This document shows positions 55,060-64,000 of a stretch of 64,000 bases of DNA, piece by piece. The notes beneath the pieces were generated by a model. It was given only the letters and a program-made list of their open reading frames with translations. It searched no databases and was not told where the DNA came from. The position numbers and the translations under genes are program-made. Origin of the DNA: a virus; IMG/VR virus record IMGVR_UViG_3300045117_000026, positions 15,569 through 79,568 of that record, one strand, 5' to 3'. The number at the start of each line of letters is the position of its first letter. Within the stretch, counting starts at the first letter, position 1.

Positions 55060-55412
55060 GTTGGGAAGCTTATCGCAAATCAAAGGTTAAAAGGTTTACC
55101 CTAGAGTCACTTTCTCTTCCGGAGTTCTGGATAGATATCCGTGACATGAAGTCGCTGACTCCGGCAGAAGCGAAAGAACTTGACGCAAAGACAAGGGTTG
55201 ATTCCCCGGCAATTGATGACATTATTTCAACCATCGCCCCGCTTGTCGTGGCATGGAATGTCACTGATGAAGCTGGTAATCCGTTGCCGGTCCCGTCCAA
55301 GAGTAGGGAGTCTCTTGAGAAGTTGCCACTTGATATAACCCTTTTCATTGCTCAAAGTTCAACCAATGAAATACGGAAAGAGGATGAACTCCCGGAAACG
55401 AAAGGGACCTAA
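55056..55412 (+). CDS. Tail assembly chaperone (gpG-like)
   Basis: VVAWNVTDEAGNPLP motif; position upstream of tape measure. Confidence 0.8.
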   Translation: MSWEAYRKSKVKRFTLESLSLPEFWIDIRDMKSLTPAEAKELDAKTRVDSPAIDDIISTIAPLVVAWNVTDEAGNPLPVPSKSRESLEKLPLDITLFIAQSSTNEIRKEDELPETKGT

Positions 55413-55645
55413 TCTGGGCAGTCATTAACGAGACGTATACAGGTCAGGTCCCTCTCCCGCCGTGGTATACTACAATACAGTTGATGAGGACGTTAAAATG
55501 TACCGAGAAACAACTGGAAGAGGAATATACAATCGGCACCTTAAATAGAATAGCTTATGTCCTTGACCTCGAGGGCAAACATAACAAGATGATGATGGAC
55601 AATGCCAAAGCTAAGCAAACTCATACGAATACCAAGTCTCGTTAG
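55388..55645 (+). CDS. -1 frameshift extension of the tail chaperone (gpGT-like)
   Basis: Open -1 frame overlapping the chaperone 3' end with no SD-led start; LMRTLKCTEKQLEEE. Confidence 0.65.
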   Translation, partial: TPGNERDLIWAVINETYTGQVPLPPWYTTIQLMRTLKCTEKQLEEEYTIGTLNRIAYVLDLEGKHNKMMMDNAKAKQTHTNTKSR

Positions 55646-56573
55646 GAATCCCAAACTCGCTAGTTCGGGGACCCCGACGAAGAAGCCAACAAAGTTTGGT
55701 TCTCTAGGAGCGTGGCCTGTTAGACCCAAAGTAGGTCGCCCCGCGTTGCCACCCCCCTTGCCTCTGCCGGTAGTCGAAAGCGGACTGAAGATACGGTTCG
55801 ATGTTGACGCTAAAGACCTGTCAAAGTTCGGTATCAAGCTAAAGTACTTTCGTGAGGAAAACATCGAGCCTATTCTCGCCAAGGTCCAGGACATCATGTT
55901 GCACAACTTCAAGCTGATGATTCAGTTTATTCATAATGAAGAAGTCGATATGTATACCGGTCAGTCGTTCGGGGCAATCCGCATGAAGAAAGTTCCCGAT
56001 CCTACGGAGGAATCGGGCTATCGTGGCTATGTTGGCTATTTCCCTCAAGGTGTTGAGAACTCTGAACGTAATACCTCGAGGCCTGTTATGTCGTATCTCC
56101 CCGTGCTTGATAGAGGCTTGCCCCCTGGTGTTCTTGGTATACAGGGCAATGCTCTTAAAGAGATATCCCCTCAGGGCCGTGAGAGATTGGGTATGTGGGC
56201 ACTCGAGCATGGGATTACTATCCCGCCACAAACGATTACTTCACGTATCAAGGTCAAAGGCAAGTATAAAATGAAGACCCATAAACTTCCAACACGCTCG
56301 GGTTACAAGAGTGTCGGTTGGGTTCTTGCCCGCCATATTGGTTCGGCAGGTATGCGTGGCAGGCAATTACGGATGAAGATAGGACAAAGGCTGATGCAGA
56401 ACTGGACATTATGGCTGGAAGACGCTATACGTTCGGCAACGTTGCTTGTTGGCGCATTCAATCCGCAACACGTTTCCGGTGTGTTCAGGCCCGAAGCAAC
56501 CACTATCATTACGCATGGCGGTAGTGCTAGCCGGAGAATACCTGAGAGGAGGAGAGCAAGGCACGGTGGTTAG
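55602..56573 (+). CDS. HK97 gp10-like neck/tail completion protein
   Basis: YTGQ...I, YLPVLDRG.PPG, LGMWA..HG and LARHIG..G.RG. Confidence 0.55.
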   Translation: MPKLSKLIRIPSLVRNPKLASSGTPTKKPTKFGSLGAWPVRPKVGRPALPPPLPLPVVESGLKIRFDVDAKDLSKFGIKLKYFREENIEPILAKVQDIMLHNFKLMIQFIHNEEVDMYTGQSFGAIRMKKVPDPTEESGYRGYVGYFPQGVENSERNTSRPVMSYLPVLDRGLPPGVLGIQGNALKEISPQGRERLGMWALEHGITIPPQTITSRIKVKGKYKMKTHKLPTRSGYKSVGWVLARHIGSAGMRGRQLRMKIGQRLMQNWTLWLEDAIRSATLLVGAFNPQHVSGVFRPEATTIITHGGSASRRIPERRRARHGG

Positions 56574-56585
56574 AGGAGAGGTTAA

Positions 56586-59500
56586 ATGCCAAATCTAGGT
56601 GAATGGTCTGCTAATGTACGGATGCATGCCGAGGGCTTTGAGAAGCTCAACGAGATACAGTCCAGAGTTGAGTTAACCAAAGCTAAACTTGAGGGCTTGG
56701 CCCGTGCCAGGATTGCGCCGTTAGGTATTGAACTCGGTAACATCCTGAATACGATACGGGCAACTACTCCGGCGGCCAGAGGATTACAGGAAGAAATCCA
56801 GCGTGTCATGAAGAGCGGCAATGTTTCTCCACGGCAACTGGAAAAGATAGTCGCTAAATCCGGTGAGCAGGCAGTTAAAGCAACTGGGCAAATTAAAAAT
56901 GTACTCGCTCAGGGCGGAAAAGACGTCCATAGTATCTACGAAAAGATGAAAACTGACCAGCAGAACTGGGCGTCTTCAGTTCGGGCAAGTGTGCTTGGTG
57001 TCGCTGATGATTTCCGCCTTGCTTTCCCGTCTACCAAAGTCCAGATGGAAAAGAAAGTCGCAAAAGAACTGGAGATTGTCAATAAGCTTGAGGACTTGAG
57101 GAACGTTAGAAGCGAGAAAGCTAACGTACAACGCTTCAAGCTGAAGAACCAACTCAAGGTTGTCAAGAACGAAATACAGAGTATGGGTGGCAGGGACCTT
57201 GTTCAACTCCGCGAGAAGATACTAACAACGCTAATGGCTCTTTCGGAAAGTGCCCAAATTACTCCGGAAGCTATACTCAAGGTTGCCAGGGAAATGCAGT
57301 TCTTTGGCGAGGTTGCTGATGACGCAACCGGCAAGGCTACCAAGTTTCAGAGGAGCCTTAACGACATCGCTACTATCTATGGCGAGAAACTCACGAACGA
57401 GCAGATTATAGCAACGAACGCCTTGTCTGCTTACGCTGACGAACTTAACAAAGTACTGGGCACTCAAGGTAAAGTATCTCCCGAACTGGAGCAGTTGTTC
57501 AATGTAATAATGTCCCGCAAGCCGATGTCTATCGGGCAGGCAAAGGACTTGTTTGGCAGGCTGATGGCAATCGAGGACCTGAATATACCTGATGCCCAAA
57601 TACGTGACCTTATTTCCAATATGAAAAAGGCGCTGGAAAAGGAAATTATCCCGACCCTGGTAGAAGCCGAACGTCGCTATAAGGCAACAGGCACTGGCGG
57701 ATGGACACAGCTTGATCCCAATGTTAGGGCAAGGCTCGATATGTTAAGCTACGCTGCCCATGGCGCAATGCTTGCCTTTGGTGCAATGCAGGGTTCTATC
57801 ATTCAAACAGGCTTCTCCTTGATATTCCTGAAGTTCTCCCTGCCACAGGTGGTTTTGCCTGTTGCTGCTCTAACTTCCGAACTTCTGCTTTTAGCTAAAG
57901 CGTTCAGCTTTGTAAAAGATGTAATGATCGGTGCTGCTGAATACAGCCGTCCGATGATAAGTGCTTGGAACGCCTTAACGAAGACGACTAAGAAGCTAAA
58001 GAAAGATATTGGTACGGCAATGTTTGAGCCTTTATACCAATATCTTGGGATACCAGTATTACAGACTGTAAATCAGGTCGTTAAAGAACTTGCCAGCAAC
58101 TTCATCAGCATATTCAAGGGAGGCGCAAAGCTTGATGAATTCCGCTGGAACATGAAAGTTATCGGCGAGGGCGTACAAGAGATTCTAGGGTTTGTTAAAG
58201 CGCTTGGCAAAGAGTTCAGCGTCGTGCTGGCCGAGGGCCTCAATATACTGGTCAAGGTTATCAAGCCGATAGCCCAGATTACCGGAACTATTCTAGGCTG
58301 GATAGGTAGGACGATCGAGGCGTACCCGGTGATAGGAAAAGCCTTAAGTATCGTTGGGATTATGGCTGTAATAGCCTCTCAAGTAACATTAGGGTACTTC
58401 CTGCTGAAGGTCTTTATTCCAAGCTTATGGAACGTTACAAAAGCCATTAATATAGCATCTGCCCGAATGGTGGCATCGGCTGGTGCTACTGGTGTGGTTG
58501 CCACTGGTGGTGCTGCTGCCGCTGGTGGTGCTGCTGCAGGGGCAGGAGGTGCTGCTGCTGCAACAGGCAAAAGGGCAACTGGTGGAGCGGGCCGAGGGGT
58601 AGGTAAAACTGTGGCTAAAAGTAGCGTCTATTTTCTTTTAGCATCACTAGTTGGTGGTTTGTTTGCTGGCGGAAGTGATGTCAACGAACAGTTGATGTAC
58701 GAAAGAGCCGTGGAGAGAGGCGATAAGGCAGAAGCATTGCGAATTCGCAATCGCGCCGAAGCACTTGGTCATCCAATAACGCCGATTTTCGGATTTGCTA
58801 CTGGTGGCATTGTAACAAAGCCGACTATTGGGTTAGTTGGTGAAGCTGGTCCCGAGGCCATCATCCCGCTTACCGACGCTAAAGCTGGTGGCGCAACCGG
58901 GATGGAGAACTTCACCCAGCGCATCAAAGTGTTTGTTAATCCTGTAGTCGAGAAACTATCAGAGGGGTTCAAAACTATCACACTGAGATTGCGCGACTTA
59001 TGGCGTGGGTGGCAAATGATTTCTGGCCCGTTAGCTGTTGTTACTGGTTGGTTCAGTCGCCTTTGGGGATGGGTTGCCAGGATATTCGGGATGTGGAAAA
59101 TAAATATCAAAGTCCCTGAATGGCTGACTACCGATTGGTGGATAAGCAAGTTCGGGGAGTGGAACGTTTCTCTGCCGGACATCTTCAATGCCGAATGGTG
59201 GGCAACGAAATGGGAAGATATCAAACAACTTGATTGGATACCAGACTTCCTGAAGCCTAATACTTGGGGCGGGTATATCTCGGATTTAGCTAAAACTGTA
59301 CAGAATTGGTGGGAAAGTGTTAAGCCTGACTTCTTCCGTCCTGAATGGTGGTCGCTGGTTGCAGGAGAGATCAATGTAGCGTGGCTGACATTAAAAGGCT
59401 ACTTCATTAGTTTCTCTGTCAGCTTCATGGAAGTATTTGGCCCATTTATACAAACGATTGTAGATAGCTGGAACAAAATTCCGTGGGTAGGCGAGAAGCT

Positions 59501-59936
59501 TCATTGGGACTTTAAGGTTGAGGATTATAAGGCGGAATTAAAGCAACTCAGCGAGGCTAATACAAAAGCCATTGCCGAGCAGATTGCTGCTAATAACGCA
59601 CTTGCTAGGTCAATTAACAACCTCAAGCAAGCTGGTATGAATACAATGGGTGGCACGTATACGAACCCGCCTTATCCGATTGATTATACCTCTCCATATC
59701 CTCAATTCCCAGGACAGCCATTTGCCAATGGCGGAATAGTTACCCGCCCCACCCGCGCCATCATAGGAGAACGGGGACCAGAGGCAGTTATCCCGCTTTC
59801 AAGGATGCCGCAAATCGTGGTTAATGTCACAGGGAACTACATACTGGACAAGCATGGTGCCGATGCATTAGCTGATGTCGTATCTGAGAGTATTATGCGA
59901 AAGTTACGGAACTACATTCCGGTGTCGGTGAGATAA
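56586..59936 (+). CDS. Tape measure protein
   Basis: 1116 aa, helical, with TM-like and Trp-periodic regions; two FA.GGIVT.PT...GE.GPEA.IPL motifs. Confidence 0.92.
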   Translation: MPNLGEWSANVRMHAEGFEKLNEIQSRVELTKAKLEGLARARIAPLGIELGNILNTIRATTPAARGLQEEIQRVMKSGNVSPRQLEKIVAKSGEQAVKATGQIKNVLAQGGKDVHSIYEKMKTDQQNWASSVRASVLGVADDFRLAFPSTKVQMEKKVAKELEIVNKLEDLRNVRSEKANVQRFKLKNQLKVVKNEIQSMGGRDLVQLREKILTTLMALSESAQITPEAILKVAREMQFFGEVADDATGKATKFQRSLNDIATIYGEKLTNEQIIATNALSAYADELNKVLGTQGKVSPELEQLFNVIMSRKPMSIGQAKDLFGRLMAIEDLNIPDAQIRDLISNMKKALEKEIIPTLVEAERRYKATGTGGWTQLDPNVRARLDMLSYAAHGAMLAFGAMQGSIIQTGFSLIFLKFSLPQVVLPVAALTSELLLLAKAFSFVKDVMIGAAEYSRPMISAWNALTKTTKKLKKDIGTAMFEPLYQYLGIPVLQTVNQVVKELASNFISIFKGGAKLDEFRWNMKVIGEGVQEILGFVKALGKEFSVVLAEGLNILVKVIKPIAQITGTILGWIGRTIEAYPVIGKALSIVGIMAVIASQVTLGYFLLKVFIPSLWNVTKAINIASARMVASAGATGVVATGGAAAAGGAAAGAGGAAAATGKRATGGAGRGVGKTVAKSSVYFLLASLVGGLFAGGSDVNEQLMYERAVERGDKAEALRIRNRAEALGHPITPIFGFATGGIVTKPTIGLVGEAGPEAIIPLTDAKAGGATGMENFTQRIKVFVNPVVEKLSEGFKTITLRLRDLWRGWQMISGPLAVVTGWFSRLWGWVARIFGMWKINIKVPEWLTTDWWISKFGEWNVSLPDIFNAEWWATKWEDIKQLDWIPDFLKPNTWGGYISDLAKTVQNWWESVKPDFFRPEWWSLVAGEINVAWLTLKGYFISFSVSFMEVFGPFIQTIVDSWNKIPWVGEKLHWDFKVEDYKAELKQLSEANTKAIAEQIAANNALARSINNLKQAGMNTMGGTYTNPPYPIDYTSPYPQFPGQPFANGGIVTRPTRAIIGERGPEAVIPLSRMPQIVVNVTGNYILDKHGADALADVVSESIMRKLRNYIPVSVR

Positions 59937-59937
59937 G

Positions 59938-61461
59938 ATGATAACGATTTATCTCATAGACAGGCAACGCGGTGTTGTGGATATCACAGCGTATGTAGAT
60001 ATTACCAGCGTCAATATAACTGATAGCATCAAGGTTAAAGCTGACTCGTTGCATTTTACTATGAAGATTAAAGGTTGGGAAACTCGCAAGCCGTTAGCCG
60101 GAAACAACATCAAAATAGTAAGCAACTTACTGAAGTACCCGCATGCTTCATCTGAGGGGTTCGCTACCCGTGTCTACGAGGAAATCGAGTTCTGGGGCCA
60201 GATTATGACGGTGACACAGACGATGCTCAACCCCGTCACTTTCCAGTATGAGGTTGAGTGCCAGGACTGGACACACTGGTTTGACCGCCATCTTGTGACT
60301 CTTGATATCGAGGCCGGCCGAACGACAAGGGAAATCATCGGGATGCTCGACGACGATACTATTCTTGGCGCCGGCCCTAACCGTTATTCCAATGAGGCTA
60401 GCATAGAACCAATATTCACTACCGATAATGTTGTTGAGATTGCCGACTGCCCAGCCTTTCAATGGAAGAACGTAGAACCGTCACAGGCGATGGATGAACT
60501 TGCCGAAGCTATGGGATGCCAATGGTACATTGACTATGAGAAGGACGTGCACTTCAATTATCCGCACAAGCTGTTTGAGGGCGCTAATACTCCGGTAACT
60601 ACGGCAAGCGGGGCAATTGTTATTGATGCCGATAACGATAATCTTGTCTACGGCGACCTGGTTATTACAGAAGACTTTACGCAACTGCGCAATCGTGTCA
60701 TTGTCGCTGAAGCAAAAGAGGCAGCACCAACAATGACGACCGACTCCTTTACTACCGACTGGGAGACTAAGTATTTCTTTGCGTTAACCCGCGATGCTTT
60801 CTGTCCTGATAACCCAGGGAGTGCCGAACTAAATACTCTTATGAGAGGTTGGATTAAGAACCGTGTAGACGGGGCGATTGAACGTACTCTTAATGACGTT
60901 AAAGTAGACTACAAGGAAGGGCGGTTTGGTGATGGTAAAGGCGGGGCGAATACTATTTACTGGAATCCGGAGATGAACTCAATCCGCCTACCCGATAACT
61001 TCCCTCTCCAGTATTATTACGGGACCCCTGGTACTGTCGTGGTTGGCACACAGGCTGTCCTAGAAATACAATACTATGCTGCAGAGGAATTCGAGGATGT
61101 GGTATTCAGCCGTGACAGCGTTGAGGAAGTTCGTGACAGGGAAGGACGTATTTCGTCAGGGCAGTATGAGATAAAAGTATCTGAAGCGCAAATCTACGAC
61201 AGGACGGACAGGGAACAAATCATGCAGGCTGCCAATCGTGCCCTGCTACGCTACGGGCAACCAGCCGTGAACGGGTCCTTTTACTCAATGCTTCCGGGGT
61301 GGAAGGCGGGGCAAAAGGTAGTTATCTCCTCGGTCGTGAGAGGCGAGAAAGAGAATCCTTTTGTTGTAGAGGCATATGTTCAGTCCGTCAAGCGCACCTA
61401 TCCGTCTGGTGAATGGGTTCGATCCGAAGTTGATTTCTCGAATACGCCGTGGGGTAATTAG
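59938..61461 (+). CDS. Tail tip / baseplate hub protein
   Basis: Follows TMP; YEVECQDW, WYIDYEKDVHF, NRVIV and GWKAGQ. Confidence 0.75.
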   Translation: MITIYLIDRQRGVVDITAYVDITSVNITDSIKVKADSLHFTMKIKGWETRKPLAGNNIKIVSNLLKYPHASSEGFATRVYEEIEFWGQIMTVTQTMLNPVTFQYEVECQDWTHWFDRHLVTLDIEAGRTTREIIGMLDDDTILGAGPNRYSNEASIEPIFTTDNVVEIADCPAFQWKNVEPSQAMDELAEAMGCQWYIDYEKDVHFNYPHKLFEGANTPVTTASGAIVIDADNDNLVYGDLVITEDFTQLRNRVIVAEAKEAAPTMTTDSFTTDWETKYFFALTRDAFCPDNPGSAELNTLMRGWIKNRVDGAIERTLNDVKVDYKEGRFGDGKGGANTIYWNPEMNSIRLPDNFPLQYYYGTPGTVVVGTQAVLEIQYYAAEEFEDVVFSRDSVEEVRDREGRISSGQYEIKVSEAQIYDRTDREQIMQAANRALLRYGQPAVNGSFYSMLPGWKAGQKVVISSVVRGEKENPFVVEAYVQSVKRTYPSGEWVRSEVDFSNTPWGN

Positions 61462-62403
61462 ATGGGACAACTTGAAGATTTAGCAGTACTGTTAGGCAAG
61501 CATGACAAAGCGCCGGAACGACGTGGGCGACGGCAGACGCAGTCTATCGAACGATACAGATATGCCGAGCGTGGAGAGGGTTCTGTGCTGTCATCCAGTT
61601 TCCTTTGTCAGAACTCCAGGTATCCGGCTCGACTTGACAGGCAACAGTATTTCTCGGAAGTACAGTTGTGTTCGTTGGACCAGCAGTTATTAACATTGTA
61701 TGACTTCTACGATGGGAACGATTGGTTCTACGGCACTGGCGGTCAAATTCAGGATAGAAAGATTGGCACTACTTCTATCGGGTATTTGGTATACCTCTTC
61801 TCGTCGTGGTTGACTGCCTCAATCGGTTGGTCTGAAGCGACTACTCGAGAGCAGACCGTCTATCGTATGAACGGCTCGACTTCAACTTGCTCGGCTGCTA
61901 CCGGTAGCGGATTGGCGACAAATCTTGCGACAGGCTCTGTTTATGTAATATTCCGTCCAGAGAATATCCTGACCGACCAAGCTATTGTATATGACTACAC
62001 AGGAGTAGGCGGTTGGAAGTTCTATAGCCAAACCAGTGGATTTTACTACTGGGGCGTTACTTGGAATCTAGGGACCGGTAACGGTATGATTGCCAAGCAG
62101 TTAACTTCAGGTGACATGAATAAGTGGTATCTATCGGCTTTTACTTTTAATGGTACGGTTTTTGCTACCTATTGGGTTGATTTGAGTACCGGAGTATTAA
62201 CTGAGTCGCTTTATAATTATTCTGCTAGAACAATAGCCCCGTCCGGTTCTACTTTATACCTTGGCGCGACTCCTCTCAACCTGCAGAAATTCACAGGCTC
62301 ATTCGCAAGGCTAAGCATTATGCCGGGGAAAATACTGACATCAGCCGAGATTTTGGCGATTGCCGGTGGTAACTACTTCGTTTCTCAGGGGGTAATAGTG
62401 TAG
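61462..62403 (+). CDS. Tail protein with LamG/ConA-like domain
   Basis: KWYLSAFTFNG...LYLGA...FTGSFARLSI...LTSAEI. Confidence 0.65.
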   Translation: MGQLEDLAVLLGKHDKAPERRGRRQTQSIERYRYAERGEGSVLSSSFLCQNSRYPARLDRQQYFSEVQLCSLDQQLLTLYDFYDGNDWFYGTGGQIQDRKIGTTSIGYLVYLFSSWLTASIGWSEATTREQTVYRMNGSTSTCSAATGSGLATNLATGSVYVIFRPENILTDQAIVYDYTGVGGWKFYSQTSGFYYWGVTWNLGTGNGMIAKQLTSGDMNKWYLSAFTFNGTVFATYWVDLSTGVLTESLYNYSARTIAPSGSTLYLGATPLNLQKFTGSFARLSIMPGKILTSAEILAIAGGNYFVSQGVIV

Positions 62404-62406
62404 AAT

Positions 62407-63573
62407 ATGGAAATGAATGTAAGAGGCCAAGTAACAGTTAATGGGGTTACTTTCAAAAACCTCACGACTACTTACGCAAGAGAACAACTAGCTACATGGT
62501 GGACAGGCGGTACAGTTACCCCGCCATCTTATATAGCCATTGGTTATGGGACGGTTGCCGCCTCAGTAGGGGATACGGCGCTGTATAACGAGATATACAG
62601 GAAGTCTGCCGTTAGTCGTTTAGCCAGAGCAACGTATTACGCTAGAATAGCTACAACCTTTACTACCCACGAGCCACCGGTCCCGCCAGGTTCGGCTAGT
62701 GTTAACATTAAAGAGATGGGTCTTTTCGATGGTGGGACTGTCACTATAAACAATAACTGGTTCGAGACATGGACGCCCGGGACGCCAGCTTCACCTAACT
62801 CATGGTTGTGGTCCGGTGGCACTCCCGGTTCTATATCCGGAACAGCAAGCGTTTATGAGGGTTCTGCTGCATGTCGCTTTTCCGGTACTGCTGCCAATGC
62901 CCAGTTGTATCAGAACGCTTCATTTGACTCGTCATGGGTAAGCCAACAGTTCACATTCCGTGTGGCGGTTAAAGCTGGTAGCGCATCGCTGGCAAGGGCT
63001 TTCATCTATGATGGGTACACAACGACTTACTCCGGCTATAATTCTGGTACTGCGAGTTACGAGGTACTTTCAGCGCAAAAGACACTGTCGGGCACAGCTA
63101 ACGCGCTGAGGGTTGGTGTGGAACTAGCTGCTGCAGGAACAGCAGATGTCGACTGGGCAAATGCAGTAAAGAATGGAAACTGTTGGGCAAGAGCAGCAGT
63201 GAATGTTACTAAAGAGACTAATGATCCTGTAACGGCAATATGGGAGGTATATTCCGAAGAACAGGACGAGGAGGGTTCAATGCCTTATGTGCCTTACAAC
63301 AATGAAGAGATTTCAGCAGGGACGTCTTCGTATGGGTCGCTAGACCCTACGAAGTACCAGCCGACAGGAGAGGCACCAGCTCAGAAAGCAGTGCTGACAA
63401 TAGAGAGTAATCAGTTGCGGTACTGGGTTCATAGCGGAACGCCTACGGCTTCTTCCGGACACGTTCTTGACCCCGGCGATGTGTTAACGCTCGAGGGCGC
63501 AACGACTATAAGCCGGATGAAGTATATTGGCGTTGGCGGAACTGCTACTGTCAAAGTGACTTATGAGAGGTAA
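62407..63573 (+). CDS. Tail protein with carbohydrate-binding-like insertion
   Basis: NLTT, YIAIGYG...DTALYNE and IKEMGLF; NNWFETW beta-sandwich insertion. Confidence 0.7.
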   Translation: MEMNVRGQVTVNGVTFKNLTTTYAREQLATWWTGGTVTPPSYIAIGYGTVAASVGDTALYNEIYRKSAVSRLARATYYARIATTFTTHEPPVPPGSASVNIKEMGLFDGGTVTINNNWFETWTPGTPASPNSWLWSGGTPGSISGTASVYEGSAACRFSGTAANAQLYQNASFDSSWVSQQFTFRVAVKAGSASLARAFIYDGYTTTYSGYNSGTASYEVLSAQKTLSGTANALRVGVELAAAGTADVDWANAVKNGNCWARAAVNVTKETNDPVTAIWEVYSEEQDEEGSMPYVPYNNEEISAGTSSYGSLDPTKYQPTGEAPAQKAVLTIESNQLRYWVHSGTPTASSGHVLDPGDVLTLEGATTISRMKYIGVGGTATVKVTYER

Positions 63574-63578
63574 CTAAA

Positions 63579-64000
63579 ATGACAGCGAATATGAGTCGTC
63601 CGTTTACCAATCAGGACCTTTGTAGTGCTGACTTTCTGAACCTATTGCGTGATGATGTTCTGGATGAAGCAACAGGGCACAAGCATACAGGTGCGACTGA
63701 CGATGGATATCTTCTGACTTATTATGGTACGCTGGCTAACCGTCCGGCAGCATCAGCGTCAAACAAGGGGTTCTTGTATTTCGCCAGCGATGAATCGGTC
63801 CTGTATCGTAGCAACGGCTCAAGCTGGGACACGATTTCTGTAGCGCGGACGGACAACCTGATTAAGATGGTTTGGAAAGCTGCTAACCAGACAATCAACA
63901 ATAGTACTACTCTTCAAGATGATACTCACTTGAAACTCACGGTAGCAGCTAACGATGTCTATCAAATTAGGATGACACTTAAAATTACATTCAATGGTAC
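63579..64000 (+). CDS. Tail fibre protein (truncated by the window end)
   Basis: MTANMSRPF...GHKHTGATDDG...GTLANRPAAS; frame is open to the end. Confidence 0.65.
   Translation, partial: MTANMSRPFTNQDLCSADFLNLLRDDVLDEATGHKHTGATDDGYLLTYYGTLANRPAASASNKGFLYFASDESVLYRSNGSSWDTISVARTDNLIKMVWKAANQTINNSTTLQDDTHLKLTVAANDVYQIRMTLKITFNG

Larger units (their letters stand above)
1..64000. mobile_element. Tailed bacteriophage genome segment (siphovirus-like)
   Basis: Terminase, portal, protease-capsid, tail tube, chaperone and tape measure genes in order on the + strand; dense small-ORF arm on the - strand; no host housekeeping genes. Confidence 0.97.

Overview
This is a 64-kb segment of a large tailed dsDNA phage (Caudoviricetes, siphovirus-like tail), with no integrase, tRNA or CRISPR array visible. 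It has three parts. (1) 1-28.2 kb is a leftward (minus-strand) early/middle arm of mostly small hypothetical genes. It carries four DNA methyltransferases (one apparently split over two overlapping reading frames), ASCH, permuted-papain, DUF2283, PARP-type zinc finger and radical SAM genes, and a complete, compact ubiquitin-like conjugation cassette: Ubl ending GG-C, E2-like, E1/ThiF and JAB peptidase, plus a second degenerate E1. (2) 28.2-31.8 kb is a control region with divergent sigma70-type promoters, GGTATATACC palindrome clusters, a 47-bp pure A/T tract, a large nested inverted repeat, and a 1.3-kb hairpin-rich island in which CC/GG occurs almost only as GCC/GGC. (3) 32.2-64 kb is a rightward virion arm. 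It encodes terminase, portal, head-module cargo enzymes (a Dam-like MTase fusion and a LigD phosphoesterase-like protein), a protease-scaffold-capsid polyprotein behind an attenuator-like terminator, fibres, and a glycosyltransferase-radical SAM-glycosyltransferase fusion with a second radical SAM in the neck module. It continues with tail tube, frameshifted chaperone, tape measure and tail-tip genes. All family calls come from motif recognition by eye; no database search was run.
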